From Escherichia phage JK1, in the sequence record MZ436830.1: a DNA stretch of 64,000 nt; one strand, written 5' to 3'. The notes beneath the pieces are model-generated. The model searched no databases and was not told where the DNA came from. It saw nothing but the letters and a program-made list of their open reading frames with translations. The position numbers and the translations under genes are program-made. Shown here piece after piece: positions 8,937 to 20,386 of the stretch. Positions within the stretch are counted from its first letter, which is position 1, and each line of letters starts with the position of its first letter.

Positions 8937-9562
8937 TACAATAGCTCAAAGAATTCTTTGAGTCCTCTTATTACATGAGCGTGAGTTTTTCCACACTCTG
9001 GACACTTAATTGGAACAGCCAAATAAACGGTAGGCTTTAAAAGCATATCTTTTATAGCTACAATATCTGACTCTGTGATGATAGAATATAAATCTTCCAG
9101 TTCTTTTTCATTTAAGTCTTCAACTGGAATGCTTTCACCGTTAGCATGAATCGTTTCTATGCATGATACTATCATGTGGGCTATATTTTTATCATCAAAA
9201 ATTTTAGGGTAATGGAATTTAATTTTAATGTCACCCAGTGTATACCAGAGGTCTTCTGGTGCATCTATTTGTGTATGTAATAGATTTATATGGGTTGGTA
9301 TTTCAGTTCCACAGGTGCACTTCCAGGAGTTTTCGTGATTAACTTCTCCAAGAGAATGCGCCCATAAATGAATCAACAATAGTTCTGATTCTTGGCGGTT
9401 TAAATCTTTTGCATTTGTGCAGTCTTTGATTAGCTTTTTAACAATTACTTCTACGGAACCATTATTTTTGGCAGTAATAAGTTCTAGATATTCTTTAAGC
9501 GTGAATGCGCGACAATTGATTATTTTAGAACCAACTCTCACATCAAATTTGTATTCATACAT
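8936..9562 (-). CDS. 26: Baseplate hub protein gp26
   Basis: 208 aa; synteny; palindromic late promoter upstream. Confidence 0.85.
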   Translation of the reverse strand: MYEYKFDVRVGSKIINCRAFTLKEYLELITAKNNGSVEVIVKKLIKDCTNAKDLNRQESELLLIHLWAHSLGEVNHENSWKCTCGTEIPTHINLLHTQIDAPEDLWYTLGDIKIKFHYPKIFDDKNIAHMIVSCIETIHANGESIPVEDLNEKELEDLYSIITESDIVAIKDMLLKPTVYLAVPIKCPECGKTHAHVIRGLKEFFELL

Positions 9563-9583
9563 ATTTAGCTCCTTTATTTATCA

Positions 9584-9595
9584 TATTTATAAATA
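9584..9595. promoter_or_regulatory. Divergent overlapping late promoters for genes 26 and 51
   Basis: Palindrome TATTTATAAATA reads TATAAATA on both strands, between divergent ATGs 9562 and 9613. Confidence 0.65.
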
Positions 9596-9612
9596 GAATA
9601 AAAGGAGCATCT

Positions 9613-10362
9613 ATGGCAAACATTATTCGTTGTAAATTACCAGATGGTGTTCATCGTTTTAAACCATTTACGGTAGAAGATTATCGAGATTTTTTGTTAG
9701 TTCGAAACGATATAGAACATCGGTCACCACAAGAACAAAAAGAAATAATTGCTGATTTAATTGCCGATTATTTTGGAGACTATCCGAAGACTTGGCAACC
9801 ATTTATATTTTTGCAGGTATTTGTAGGGTCAATAGGTAAAACTAAAGTACCGGTCACATTTGTATGTCCAAAATGTAAAAAAGAAAAGACAGTTCCATTT
9901 GAAATATATCAAAAAGAATTAAAGGAACCTGTTTTTGATGTAGCTAATGTTAAAATTAAATTAAAGTTTCCTTCTGAGTTTTATGAAAATAAAGCAAAGA
10001 TGATTACTGAAAATATTCATTCTGTTCAAGTAGATGAAATATGGTATGATTGGAAGGAAATTAGCGAGTCCAGTCAAATAGAACTAGTTGACGCCATCGA
10101 GATAGAAACATTAGAAAAAATTCTCGATGCAATGAATCCTATTAATTTAACTCTACATATGTCATGCTGTAATAAGTACATTAAAAAATACACTGATATA
10201 GTAGACGTGTTTAAGCTATTAGTTAACCCAGATGAGATATTTACTTTTTATCAAATTAATCACACACTCGTAAAAAGTAATTATAGCTTAAATTCAATAA
10301 TGAAAATGATTCCTGCCGAGCGCGGATTCGTATTAAAACTGATTGAGAAGGATAAACAATAA
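9613..10362 (+). CDS. 51: Baseplate hub assembly protein gp51
   Basis: 249 aa; AAAGGAG RBS; late promoter; synteny. Confidence 0.85.
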   Translation: MANIIRCKLPDGVHRFKPFTVEDYRDFLLVRNDIEHRSPQEQKEIIADLIADYFGDYPKTWQPFIFLQVFVGSIGKTKVPVTFVCPKCKKEKTVPFEIYQKELKEPVFDVANVKIKLKFPSEFYENKAKMITENIHSVQVDEIWYDWKEISESSQIELVDAIEIETLEKILDAMNPINLTLHMSCCNKYIKKYTDIVDVFKLLVNPDEIFTFYQINHTLVKSNYSLNSIMKMIPAERGFVLKLIEKDKQ

Positions 10363-11537
10363 TGAGTATGTTGCAACGCCCCGGATATCCAAATCTCAGC
10401 GTTAAATTATTTGATAGCTACGACGCTTGGAGTAATAATAGATTTGTTGAATTAGCTGCTACTATTACCACATTAACTATGCGGGATTCTCTTTATGGAC
10501 GAAATGAAGGAATGCTGCAGTTTTATGATTCTAAAAATATCCACACAAAAATGGATGGAAATGAAATAATTCAAATTTCTGTAGCTAATGCAAACGATAT
10601 TAATAATGTTAAAACACGAATTTATGGATGCAAGCATTTTTCCGTGTCAGTAGATTCAAAAGGTGATAACATCATTGCTATTGAATTGGGAACTATTCAT
10701 TCTATAGAAAATCTTAAATTTGGTAGACCATTTTTCCCTGATGCAGGTGAATCTATAAAAGAAATGCTTGGTGTCATTTATCAAGACCGCACATTATTAA
10801 CTCCAGCAATAAATGCTATAAATGCTTATGTTCCTGATATTCCATGGACTAGTACATTTGAAAATTATTTGTCCTATGTAAGAGAAGTTGCTCTAGCTGT
10901 AGGAAGTGACAAATTTGTATTTGTGTGGCAAGACATCATGGGAGTTAACATGATGGACTATGATATGATGATAAATCAAGAACCATATCCAATGATTGTC
11001 GGCGAGCCATCTTTAATAGGTCAATTCATCCAAGAATTAAAATATCCATTAGCATATGATTTCGTTTGGTTGACTAAATCGAATCCTCACAAACGTGACC
11101 CAATGAAAAATGCTACTATCTATGCGCATTCATTTTTAGATTCTTCATTGCCAATGATTACTACGGGAAAGGGCGAAAACTCTATTGTAGTGTCAAGGTC
11201 AGGTGCTTATTCTGAAATGACTTATAGGAATGGCTATGAAGAAGCTATTCGTCTTCAAACTATGGCGCAATACGATGGCTATGCTAAATGTTCTACTGTC
11301 GGTAATTTTAACTTGACTCCTGGCGTTAAAATTATTTTTAATGATAGTAAAAACCAATTTAAAACAGAATTTTACGTTGATGAAGTCATCCATGAATTAT
11401 CCAATAATAATTCAGTAACTCATCTATATATGTTCACTAATGCAACGAAACTGGAAACAATAGACCCAGTTAAGGTTAAAAATGAATTTAAATCTGATAC
11501 TACCACTGAAGAAAGTAGTTCTTCCAATAAGCAATAA
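10362..11537 (+). CDS. 27: Baseplate hub protein gp27
   Basis: 391 aa; ATGA overlap with gene 51 stop. Confidence 0.9.
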   Translation: MSMLQRPGYPNLSVKLFDSYDAWSNNRFVELAATITTLTMRDSLYGRNEGMLQFYDSKNIHTKMDGNEIIQISVANANDINNVKTRIYGCKHFSVSVDSKGDNIIAIELGTIHSIENLKFGRPFFPDAGESIKEMLGVIYQDRTLLTPAINAINAYVPDIPWTSTFENYLSYVREVALAVGSDKFVFVWQDIMGVNMMDYDMMINQEPYPMIVGEPSLIGQFIQELKYPLAYDFVWLTKSNPHKRDPMKNATIYAHSFLDSSLPMITTGKGENSIVVSRSGAYSEMTYRNGYEEAIRLQTMAQYDGYAKCSTVGNFNLTPGVKIIFNDSKNQFKTEFYVDEVIHELSNNNSVTHLYMFTNATKLETIDPVKVKNEFKSDTTTEESSSSNKQ

Positions 11538-12015
11538 AGAAGTTTCTATTCCTAAAATGGGTCTTAAACACTATAACATTTTAAAAGATGTTAAAGGTCC
11601 TGATGAAAATTTAAAACTTCTTATTGATTCTATTTGTCCGAATTTATCACCGGCAGAAGTTGATTTCGTTTCTATTCATCTATTGGAATTTAATGGAAAG
11701 ATTAAATCTCGTAAAGAAATAGATGGTTATACTTATGACATTAATGATGTTTATGTATGCCAAAGATTGGAATTTCAATACCAAGGAAATACATTTTATT
11801 TTAGACCTCCTGGAAAATTTGAACAATTTTTAACTGTAAGCGATATGTTATCCAAATGCTTGCTTAAGGTCAATGATGAAGTTAAAGAAATTAATTTTCT
11901 TGAGATGCCAGCATTCGTTTTAAAATGGGCAAATGATATTTTTACAACTTTAGCAATTCCTGGCCCTAATGGTCCAATAACCGGAATTGGCAATATTATT
12001 GGATTATTTGAATGA
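11482..12015 (+). CDS. 28: Baseplate hub distal subunit gp28
   Basis: 177 aa; overlaps 3' end of gene 27 by 56 nt. Confidence 0.8.
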   Translation: MNLNLILPLKKVVLPISNKEVSIPKMGLKHYNILKDVKGPDENLKLLIDSICPNLSPAEVDFVSIHLLEFNGKIKSRKEIDGYTYDINDVYVCQRLEFQYQGNTFYFRPPGKFEQFLTVSDMLSKCLLKVNDEVKEINFLEMPAFVLKWANDIFTTLAIPGPNGPITGIGNIIGLFE

Positions 12016-13784
12016 AAAAGCCACAAGAAATGCAAACGATGCGTAGAAAAGTTATTTCAGATAATAAACCAACACAGGAAGCGGCTAAATCCGCTTCCAA
12101 CACTTTATCTGGACTTAACGATATATCTATGAAATTGGATGATGCTCAAGCTGCCTCTGAATTAATAGCTCAAACTGTCGAAGAAAAATCGAATGAAATA
12201 GTTGGAGCAATTGACAACGTAGAAAGCGCAGTGAGTGATACTACCGCAGGTTCTGAGTTAATTGCCGAAACTGTTGAAATTGGCAATAATATCAATAAAG
12301 AAATAGGCGAATCACTCGGAAGCAAATTAGATAAATTAACGAGTTTATTAGAACAAAAAATTCAGACAGCTGGAATTCAACAGACTGGAACGAGTTTAGC
12401 AGTAGTCGAAAATGCTATTCCTGTTAAAGTTGTTGAGGATGATACAGCTGAATCTGTGGGTCCTTTATTACCGGCCCCTGAAGCAGTTAATAATGATCCT
12501 GACGCTGATTTTTTCCCTACCCCTCAGCCAGTTGAACCCAAACAAGAATCGCCAGAAGAAAAACAGAAAAAAGAAGCATTTAACTTAAAATTATCTCAAG
12601 CTTTAGATAAATTAACGAAGACTGTTGATTTTGGATTTAAAAAATCCATTTCAATTACTGATAAAATATCAAGCATGCTATTTAAGTACACCGTCAGTGC
12701 TGCTATTGAAGCTGCTAAAATGACTGCAATGATATTGGCTGTTGTTGTTGGAATAGACCTGTTGATGGTTCATTTTAAATACTGGTCAGATAAATTTTCA
12801 AAAGCCTGGGATTTATATAGTGGCAACTTTACTAAATTCTCTAGCGAAACTGGAACATGGGGTCCTTTATTACAGAGCATCTTTGATTCTATTGATAAAA
12901 TTAAACAACTTTGGGAAGCGGGAGATTGGGGTGGATTGACAACAGCTATTGTTGAAGGGCTCGGAAGTGTTCTTTTTAATTTAGGAGAGCTTATTCAATT
13001 AGGTATGGCTAAATTATCTGCAGCAATTCTTCGAGTCATTCCTGGCATGAAGGATACTGCTGATGAAGTAGAAGGAAGAGCACTGGAAAATTTCCAAAAT
13101 ACTACTGGAGCATCTCTCAATAAAGAAGACCAGGAAAAAGTTGCAAATTATCAAGATAAACGAATGAACGGAGACCTTGGTCCGATAGCAAAAGGATTAG
13201 ATAAAATTGCTAATTGGAAAACTCGTGCATCTAATTGGATTCGTGGGGTTGATAATAAAGAAGCACTAACTACCGACGAAGAACGTGCAGCAGAAGAAGA
13301 AAAATTAAAGCAACTTTCACCTGAAGAAAGAAAAAATGCTTTAATGAAGGCTAATGAAGCCCGTGCCGCAATGATTCGCTTTGAAAAATATGCTGATTCA
13401 GCTGATATGAGTAAAGACTCAACGGTTAAATCTGTTGAATCTGCCTATGAAGACCTTAAAAAACGGATGGATGACCCGGATTTAAATAATTCACCGGCAG
13501 TTAAAAAAGAACTTGCTGCTAGATTTTCTAAAATTGATGCTACTTATCAAGAGCTCAAGAAAAATCAGCCTAATGCCAAACCTGAAACTTCTGCTAAATC
13601 GCCAGAAGCAAAACAAGTCCAGGTAATAGAAAAGAACAAAGCACAGCAAGCTCCTGTTCAACAAGCATCTCCTTCAATCAACAATACTAATAATGTTATT
13701 AAGAAAAATACTGTCGTTCATAATATGACACCTGTCACAAGCACAACTGCTCCTGGTGTATTTGATGCGACTGGGGTTAATTAA
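12012..13784 (+). CDS. 29: Baseplate hub / tail length determining protein gp29
   Basis: 590 aa, long helical Ala/Glu/Lys-rich regions. Confidence 0.85.
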   Translation: MKKPQEMQTMRRKVISDNKPTQEAAKSASNTLSGLNDISMKLDDAQAASELIAQTVEEKSNEIVGAIDNVESAVSDTTAGSELIAETVEIGNNINKEIGESLGSKLDKLTSLLEQKIQTAGIQQTGTSLAVVENAIPVKVVEDDTAESVGPLLPAPEAVNNDPDADFFPTPQPVEPKQESPEEKQKKEAFNLKLSQALDKLTKTVDFGFKKSISITDKISSMLFKYTVSAAIEAAKMTAMILAVVVGIDLLMVHFKYWSDKFSKAWDLYSGNFTKFSSETGTWGPLLQSIFDSIDKIKQLWEAGDWGGLTTAIVEGLGSVLFNLGELIQLGMAKLSAAILRVIPGMKDTADEVEGRALENFQNTTGASLNKEDQEKVANYQDKRMNGDLGPIAKGLDKIANWKTRASNWIRGVDNKEALTTDEERAAEEEKLKQLSPEERKNALMKANEARAAMIRFEKYADSADMSKDSTVKSVESAYEDLKKRMDDPDLNNSPAVKKELAARFSKIDATYQELKKNQPNAKPETSAKSPEAKQVQVIEKNKAQQAPVQQASPSINNTNNVIKKNTVVHNMTPVTSTTAPGVFDATGVN

Positions 13785-13792
13785 GGAATAAT

Positions 13793-14887
13793 ATGGCAAT
13801 TGTTAAAGAAATAACTGCTGATTTAATTAAAAAGTCCGGTGAGAAAATTTCAGCCGGACAGAGTACTAAATCAGAAGTAGGAACTAAAACATACACAGCC
13901 CAGTTTCCAACTGGGCGTGCTAGTGGTAATGACACTACAGGGGACTTCCAGGTAACAGATCTATATAAGAATGGATTATTATTTACTGCATACAATATGT
14001 CATCTAGGGATTCTGGAAGTCTTAGATCGATGAGATCTAACTACTCTTCTTCATCTTCGAGTATTTTACGTACAGCCAGAAACACTATCAGTAATACAGT
14101 ATCAAAACTGTCAAATGGATTAATATCAGATAATAATTCAGGAACAATAAGTAAAGCCCCTGTTGCAAATATTCTTTTACCAAGATCTAAATCCGATGTT
14201 GATACATCATCACATAGATTTAATGATGTTCAAGAAAGTCTTATCAGCAGAGGCGGAGGTACTGCTACTGGTGTGCTAAGTAATATTGCTTCAACTGCAG
14301 TATTTGGAGCACTGGAAAGTATAACACAAGGTATAATGGCTGATAATAATGAACAAATATACACTACGGCTCGAAGTATGTATGGTGGTGCTGAAAATAG
14401 AACTAAAGTGTTTACTTGGGATTTGACTCCACGTTCAACAGAAGATTTAATGGCTATTATTAATATCTATCAATATTTTAACTATTTTTCTTATGGTGAA
14501 ACTGGTAAATCTCAATATGCTGCTGAAATAAAGGGGTATTTAGATGATTGGTATCGTTCTACGTTAATTGAACCTTTATCTCCGGAAGACGCAGCTAAAA
14601 ATAAAACACTATTTGAGAAAATGACATCGAGTTTAACTAACGTTCTAGTAGTTTCAAACCCGACAATTTGGATGGTGAAAAACTTTGGTGCAACATCTAA
14701 GTTTGATGGAAAAACGGAAATATTTGGCCCATGCCAAATACAAAGCATCAGATTTGATAAAACACCTAATGGTAACTTTAACGGATTAGCTATTGCTCCA
14801 AACCTCCCTAGTACATTTACTCTTGAGATTACTATGAGAGAAATTATCACGTTAAACCGTGCTTCTTTATATGCGGGGACTTTTTAA
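13793..14887 (+). CDS. 48: Baseplate tail tube cap gp48
   Basis: 364 aa; synteny. Confidence 0.85.
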   Translation: MAIVKEITADLIKKSGEKISAGQSTKSEVGTKTYTAQFPTGRASGNDTTGDFQVTDLYKNGLLFTAYNMSSRDSGSLRSMRSNYSSSSSSILRTARNTISNTVSKLSNGLISDNNSGTISKAPVANILLPRSKSDVDTSSHRFNDVQESLISRGGGTATGVLSNIASTAVFGALESITQGIMADNNEQIYTTARSMYGGAENRTKVFTWDLTPRSTEDLMAIINIYQYFNYFSYGETGKSQYAAEIKGYLDDWYRSTLIEPLSPEDAAKNKTLFEKMTSSLTNVLVVSNPTIWMVKNFGATSKFDGKTEIFGPCQIQSIRFDKTPNGNFNGLAIAPNLPSTFTLEITMREIITLNRASLYAGTF

Positions 14888-15852
14888 TGTATTCTTTAGA
14901 GGAATTTAATAATCAAGCAATAAACGCAGATTTCCAACGTAATAATATGTTTAGCTGCGTTTTTGCGACAACTCCATCAACTAAAAGCTCTTCGTTGATA
15001 AGTTCAATTAGCAACTTTTCTTATAATAACTTGGGCCTAAATTCAGATTGGTTAGGATTGACTCAAGGTGATATTAATCAGGGAATTACCACGCTAATTA
15101 CTGCTGGCACACAAAAACTGATAAGAAAATCAGGGGTTAGTAAATATCTTATTGGTGCCATGAGTCAACGTACAGTTCAAAGTTTATTAGGCTCATTTAC
15201 AGTTGGTACATATTTAATTGACTTCTTTAACATGGCATATAACTCATCTGGATTGATGATATACTCTGTAAAAATGCCAGAGAATAGATTATCCTATGAA
15301 ACTGACTGGAACTACAATTCTCCTAATATTCGCATAACCGGGAGAGAATTAGACCCTTTGGTTATTTCATTTAGAATGGATTCAGAAGCTTGTAACTATC
15401 GTGCAATGCAAGACTGGGTTAACTCCGTTCAAGACCCAGTAACTGGATTACGCGCTTTGCCACAGGATGTCGAGGCAGATATTCAGGTTAATCTTCATTC
15501 TCGTAATGGATTGCCTCATACTGCGGTGATGTTCACCGGATGCATTCCAATATCAGTGAGCGCTCCTGAGTTATCATATGATGGAGATAACCAAATAACT
15601 ACATTTGATGTTACTTTTGCGTACAGAGTGATGCAGGCTGGAGCGGTTGATAGGCAAGCTGCGCTTGAATGGCTTGAATCTGCTGCTATAAATGGTATTC
15701 AAAGCGTTCTCGGAAATAGTGGAGGTGTTACTGGACTATCTAATTCGCTTTCACGACTTAGTAGATTAGGAGGGACTGCTGGAAGCATTTCAAACATTAA
15801 TACTATGACAGGAATTGTTAATTCGCAGAGTAAAATATTAGGAGCAATATAA
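14887..15852 (+). CDS. 54: Baseplate tail tube initiator gp54
   Basis: 321 aa; ATGA-type overlap with gene 48; hairpin terminator after stop. Confidence 0.85.
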   Translation: MYSLEEFNNQAINADFQRNNMFSCVFATTPSTKSSSLISSISNFSYNNLGLNSDWLGLTQGDINQGITTLITAGTQKLIRKSGVSKYLIGAMSQRTVQSLLGSFTVGTYLIDFFNMAYNSSGLMIYSVKMPENRLSYETDWNYNSPNIRITGRELDPLVISFRMDSEACNYRAMQDWVNSVQDPVTGLRALPQDVEADIQVNLHSRNGLPHTAVMFTGCIPISVSAPELSYDGDNQITTFDVTFAYRVMQAGAVDRQAALEWLESAAINGIQSVLGNSGGVTGLSNSLSRLSRLGGTAGSISNINTMTGIVNSQSKILGAI

Positions 15853-15856
15853 CAAT

Positions 15857-15886
15857 GGGGACCTTTCGGTCCCCATATTTTTATTT
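15857..15886 (+). terminator. Intrinsic terminator after gene 54
   Basis: GGGGACCUUUCGGUCCCC hairpin followed by AUAUUUUUAUUU. Confidence 0.7.
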
Positions 15887-16171
15887 ACGGAATGAAATGA
15901 AAGCAGAAACTGAAGCAACTAAACTGTCTTCAATATAAACTTCAATTTTTACCGGAGCTTCTGACTCGAATTTACCTGTTACTACACCTTGGAAAATACT
16001 TTCAGTTTGTTCTGGCTTTGAAAAATTTTCAGAAGGAAAAATTCCGAACTTTTTATCTGTTCCAAAAATTTTGATAAATTCATCATAAACTGCTTCATTA
16101 AAAGCATTATCAGCAGGAATAACGCCTTCAACTACAAGTTCTTGACCCAAAAAGCGCAAAGAAGATTTCAT
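15881..16171 (-). CDS. Hypothetical protein (96 aa)
   Basis: ORF with GAGGAA RBS, early-type promoter at 16203-16232. Confidence 0.6.
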   Translation of the reverse strand: MKSSLRFLGQELVVEGVIPADNAFNEAVYDEFIKIFGTDKKFGIFPSENFSKPEQTESIFQGVVTGKFESEAPVKIEVYIEDSLVASVSAFISFRK

Positions 16172-16202
16172 TTTGTGTTCCTCATGTTATGTCAGTAAGA
16201 CT

Positions 16203-16232
16203 ACTATAACACAACACGAGGGACTTGTAAAC
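16203..16232 (-). promoter_or_regulatory. Early promoter (GTTTAC-N18-TATAGT)
   Basis: -35 GTTTAC (16227-16232) and -10 TATAGT (16203-16208) on - strand; part of a 52-bp repeat. Confidence 0.5.
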
Positions 16233-18289
16233 TACATCTTGAACTTTTTAGACATTCCGTTGATGTTAACCAAAGAAGCCAAGATTTGAGAAACTTCGTT
16301 TTCCTCTTCTTTTGATTCTTCTACAAGGAATTGATTAAATCCAGCCATTGGACGAACTTCACCAGTTTCCATTAAATGGTCGCCATCATATACTGATTCT
16401 TCTAATTGTTCAGAAGGAGGAACGATTGTACCTTCTATTAGATACTTGTTATAAGCAGTTTCTTTCATAAAGTACGTGCTCACTTTATTAATCTTCAGTA
16501 AAATTCCACGCGGTAGAATAACTTCAGCTTCTGATGGAAATCCTGATAAATGACCTGGAACGATAACTTTGATTCGCTCAGCTCCTTTAATTACCATACC
16601 CACGCTAGTTTCAGCATCTTCATTAGCATATGTAGAATGACTACCCATATGCATCAAATCTTCTGCATCAACGGAACCTTCTCCTTCACCAGAAAATACT
16701 GCGCCGGAATCATCTAGAGCCATATAGTTTTTACCATGCTCACCGAAGATATTTGGTTTAAGCGATGTGGATACGAAGTTCTTGAAATAGAACATTTTAT
16801 TTTCAATGTTATGACGCAAAGTTTTAAAGGTAACTTCTTGCCCACGATAAAGAGTAGTTCCTGGAGGAAGAACAGAACCTTTAGCAAATGCAGAATCCAA
16901 CGTCTCGATGTGTTTAATAGCTCGTTCCATATATTCTTCACGGGTAGAATCAGGTTTACCTAAAAGGAACGAGTTCATTTCAACATATGAATCTGCACAA
17001 TAATCTTCAATTACATCAGATTCAGCTTGGGTTAATCCTTTTGGAGTTACTTCGGTGCTTGCGTATTCATATGCCTGAGCAGCAGATTCATTAATCAATT
17101 TATAAATGCCATTCATTACAAATTGAATAATAGCTGTCTTTTCATCTGGCGTAGCTTTAGAACCTTTAACCAAATCATTGATAATTTTCTTAATAACATC
17201 AAAGCTATTAGAAATATTAATGTCAGCAAGATCGCTTAAAATTTTATCAGTTTTATAATCAAAGAATTCTTTATTCTTTAAATATTCTTGAGAACCTTGA
17301 TATGTTATATCGCTCTGCAACTTGATGGATGGATCACGTAAACGTGCATGGGCTAATGCAATATGATTTCGGAAACTTTCTAGTTCATAATCGTTAGATT
17401 TAAAACGAGAAGCACTCCTCATACCACCGATAGCTCCTTTGCTGAAGTTTGAACCAATCTGAATAACGCCAGAGTTCATTGGTCCTTCTGCTTTATATAC
17501 CGGAACTTTAGATTCAAACTCTTGATATTTCTTAGCAGCGAAGCTATCACCCTGAAGTGAAGCATCAACAGTAGAATATTGAGCTTGTGCTGCTAATCGA
17601 CGACTAATTTTAGTTTTCTGAATAACAGCTTGATCCGTGCGCTTATCATTTTCTAAAGCAATAGAAGCAGCGACAGCGACAGCTTTAGGAACAGCATTAC
17701 CTGTTTTAACGTCTACATAAACATCACCAACCTTTGATTCAACTTTTGTGAATAACTCAGTTGAAATAGGAGGTACACCTGGAATGTCTTCTAAATTGGC
17801 ATTTTTACGGTAAACCATAATATATGCATATTTCTTATCATAGTCCCAGATTTCCTTTAAAAGAACATATCGACCTGCTCCTTTAGTACGTACTAAACGG
17901 TCAGCAATAACTTGCATTTGACGAGCTGCGCCATTTGTTTTACTTTTTAGTACGCGGAATAGGCATGCGTCGATTTTATACTGTTTCATTGTTTGAAGAG
18001 CAGTATCAAAAACAGCATTAATGACGCCAATTGGATTTCCACCCAAGTTTCTAAGCTTGACTAACGATAATTTCTCGTTGACACCTATCATTACGATATG
18101 CATCATTTTGTCGCCTGGCTTAACGTTTTTATTCGTATCACCGCCAGAGGTGTATGTACAAAATCTAAATCCAGGAAGAACGCTTTCTTCACCGGCTTGA
18201 ATAGCAAAAATTTGTGGTATTTTATGCTTAGGATTTAAGTTAACAACCGGCGCCGAAGCGCCGTCAAATAATTCTGTAATAAGTTCCAT
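16232..18289 (-). CDS. alt: Alt-family ADP-ribosyltransferase (685 aa)
   Basis: R-S-E ART signature in C-terminal half (LYRGQ ... FVSTSL ... EAEVILPRG); N-terminal MELITE peptide; synteny next to gene 54. Confidence 0.8.
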   Translation of the reverse strand: MELITELFDGASAPVVNLNPKHKIPQIFAIQAGEESVLPGFRFCTYTSGGDTNKNVKPGDKMMHIVMIGVNEKLSLVKLRNLGGNPIGVINAVFDTALQTMKQYKIDACLFRVLKSKTNGAARQMQVIADRLVRTKGAGRYVLLKEIWDYDKKYAYIMVYRKNANLEDIPGVPPISTELFTKVESKVGDVYVDVKTGNAVPKAVAVAASIALENDKRTDQAVIQKTKISRRLAAQAQYSTVDASLQGDSFAAKKYQEFESKVPVYKAEGPMNSGVIQIGSNFSKGAIGGMRSASRFKSNDYELESFRNHIALAHARLRDPSIKLQSDITYQGSQEYLKNKEFFDYKTDKILSDLADINISNSFDVIKKIINDLVKGSKATPDEKTAIIQFVMNGIYKLINESAAQAYEYASTEVTPKGLTQAESDVIEDYCADSYVEMNSFLLGKPDSTREEYMERAIKHIETLDSAFAKGSVLPPGTTLYRGQEVTFKTLRHNIENKMFYFKNFVSTSLKPNIFGEHGKNYMALDDSGAVFSGEGEGSVDAEDLMHMGSHSTYANEDAETSVGMVIKGAERIKVIVPGHLSGFPSEAEVILPRGILLKINKVSTYFMKETAYNKYLIEGTIVPPSEQLEESVYDGDHLMETGEVRPMAGFNQFLVEESKEEENEVSQILASLVNINGMSKKFKM

Positions 18290-18292
18290 GAT

Positions 18293-20386
18293 TTATCCTT
18301 GAACGAACTTGTAAGGCATGTTTGTAATATCTATGCAAGACGCAATAATTCCAAGAGATGATTCTACTTTCTGTTTAACGTTTGATGAAACAAATGATGC
18401 AAAGTCAACTTTGTCTTCTATTTCAATATCACCTGTCATTGCAACTACTTCGCCGGTTTCCATTAGATGGTCACCGTCATAAATTACCGATTCGGTGAGT
18501 TCTTCTGTGGTCATAACTTCAGCTTGAATAAGTTTTGTATTATTAGATGTTGTTCCGTCATTATTAGAAGCATCAGTTATTTTATTAACTTTAACCATCA
18601 ATCCGCGCGGTAGAATAACTTCAGCTTCTGTTGCTATTCCTAGACTTCCTGGATATACAACATTAACTTTATGTGCGCCGTCAATTGCCCATCCTATTTG
18701 AACTTTAACGTATTCAGGATTTTCTTTATACGCTCTTATTTCGTTTGGATTAATAGTTATTCCTTCTTCATTTTTATCAACTGTTAATTCATTGCGAGCT
18801 TCTGGTTCTAAAAGACCAATACCAGCATGTGTAATTCCAAAACGTCCAAAAATGATAGGAGTTAAAGAAGTAGATACAAAATTTCTGAAGTAGAACACTT
18901 TATTTTTAACTAACGCTTCATATATAGGAGCAGTCATACTTTGAGCACGATAAACTGTAATGCCTTCTGGTATACGGTCACCATTTTCAAAAGCTGAATC
19001 TAAGTTATTTATAGCAGATTCAATTTCTTTTTCACTCATTACATCATATCGTTCTGGATTGTAACGACCTAAAAGAAGATTATTGATGTCAGTATATCCT
19101 GAACCGCAATATTCTCTAATGCCACGCTTTTGTGATGGAGTATATTTAGAACCATCGCGGGCAATAGTAATATCAATCATTGGACCAGCACCAATTCCAG
19201 AAAAACTGTAAATCATTCGTTTGAGGAATTTAGTTTTTGCTGCGTTCCAGGAATTTTTAGTTATTTCTTCCCAGACTTCATCTGGTTGTCCTTTACGATT
19301 TTTATTATGATTAGCAAGCCATTTATCTTTATAATCTTCAAAGAATTGATTTACAGCTGCTGCGTATTTCTCTAAACATTTTATTGAAGTAGTTGGTTCA
19401 TTTTTAATTGCATTAAAAATTACTTCTTTAATTTTTTCTGAAACTTCACCGACTTGACTCATTGGAAAGAATTTATAATCATAGTGAAGTTCATCTGCCG
19501 TTCCTTCAGCAATAATTTTTGCTGCCTTTGTTTTAGAAGCTAATGAATTAATTCCAATTTTCATTTCTTCTGCTTCGGGAATTAAAGGTGCAGTAGCTGG
19601 TTTATTAAAATTAGCTGCTGTAGATTCATACTTCTGGAATAATTCACTTTCAAATCTAGAAGATTCCAATGACTGACTTTGTGCAATTGCTCTACGGGAA
19701 ATTTTAACTTTAACGATTACAGCTTGGTCAGAACGTTTATCGTTTTCTTGCGCAATAGATGCTGCAATTGCCTCATTTTTAGTTACTTGGGCTCCAGTAT
19801 CTTTATTGATATAAACATCACCAACCTTCGATTCAACCTTAGTAAAGAGTTCAGTACTAATTTCTGGAACTCCTGGAATGTCTTCTAGTGATACGTTTTT
19901 ACGATGTATAAGAATATATGCATACTTTTTATCGTAATCCCAGAGTTCCTTAAGAAGGACGTATCTGCCACCTGAACGACTACGGATAAGTCTATCAGCA
20001 ATAACTTGAATTTGTCGAGCTTGACCAGCGGTTTTAGACTTAAGAATACGAAGCATACAAGCATCAATTTTATATTGACGCATTGTTTGCATTGCAACAG
20101 TAAAAACTGAATTGATATAATTAATTGGGCTTGGACCAAGACCTTTCAATTTAGCAATTGAACCTTTAGCAGTTAATGTAAAAGGAACAATATGCATCAT
20201 TTTGTCGCCCATTTTTAAATCACGATTAGTATCACCTCCAGATGTATAGGTACATAAACGAAAGCCTGGTTGTTCAATTGCATCATCAACATGAACTGAA
20301 AAAATTTGTGGTATTTTCTTCTTTGGATTTAAGTTTGTAATCGGAAGAGTAGTATCTTCGTCAAATAATTCTGTAATGAGTTCCAT
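18293..20386 (-). CDS. Second Alt-family ADP-ribosyltransferase paralog (697 aa)
   Basis: Paralog of adjacent ORF: same N-terminal ~230 aa and same ART triad (VYRAQ ... FVSTSL ... EAEVILPRG); late promoter at 20410-20417. Confidence 0.8.
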   Translation of the reverse strand: MELITELFDEDTTLPITNLNPKKKIPQIFSVHVDDAIEQPGFRLCTYTSGGDTNRDLKMGDKMMHIVPFTLTAKGSIAKLKGLGPSPINYINSVFTVAMQTMRQYKIDACMLRILKSKTAGQARQIQVIADRLIRSRSGGRYVLLKELWDYDKKYAYILIHRKNVSLEDIPGVPEISTELFTKVESKVGDVYINKDTGAQVTKNEAIAASIAQENDKRSDQAVIVKVKISRRAIAQSQSLESSRFESELFQKYESTAANFNKPATAPLIPEAEEMKIGINSLASKTKAAKIIAEGTADELHYDYKFFPMSQVGEVSEKIKEVIFNAIKNEPTTSIKCLEKYAAAVNQFFEDYKDKWLANHNKNRKGQPDEVWEEITKNSWNAAKTKFLKRMIYSFSGIGAGPMIDITIARDGSKYTPSQKRGIREYCGSGYTDINNLLLGRYNPERYDVMSEKEIESAINNLDSAFENGDRIPEGITVYRAQSMTAPIYEALVKNKVFYFRNFVSTSLTPIIFGRFGITHAGIGLLEPEARNELTVDKNEEGITINPNEIRAYKENPEYVKVQIGWAIDGAHKVNVVYPGSLGIATEAEVILPRGLMVKVNKITDASNNDGTTSNNTKLIQAEVMTTEELTESVIYDGDHLMETGEVVAMTGDIEIEDKVDFASFVSSNVKQKVESSLGIIASCIDITNMPYKFVQG

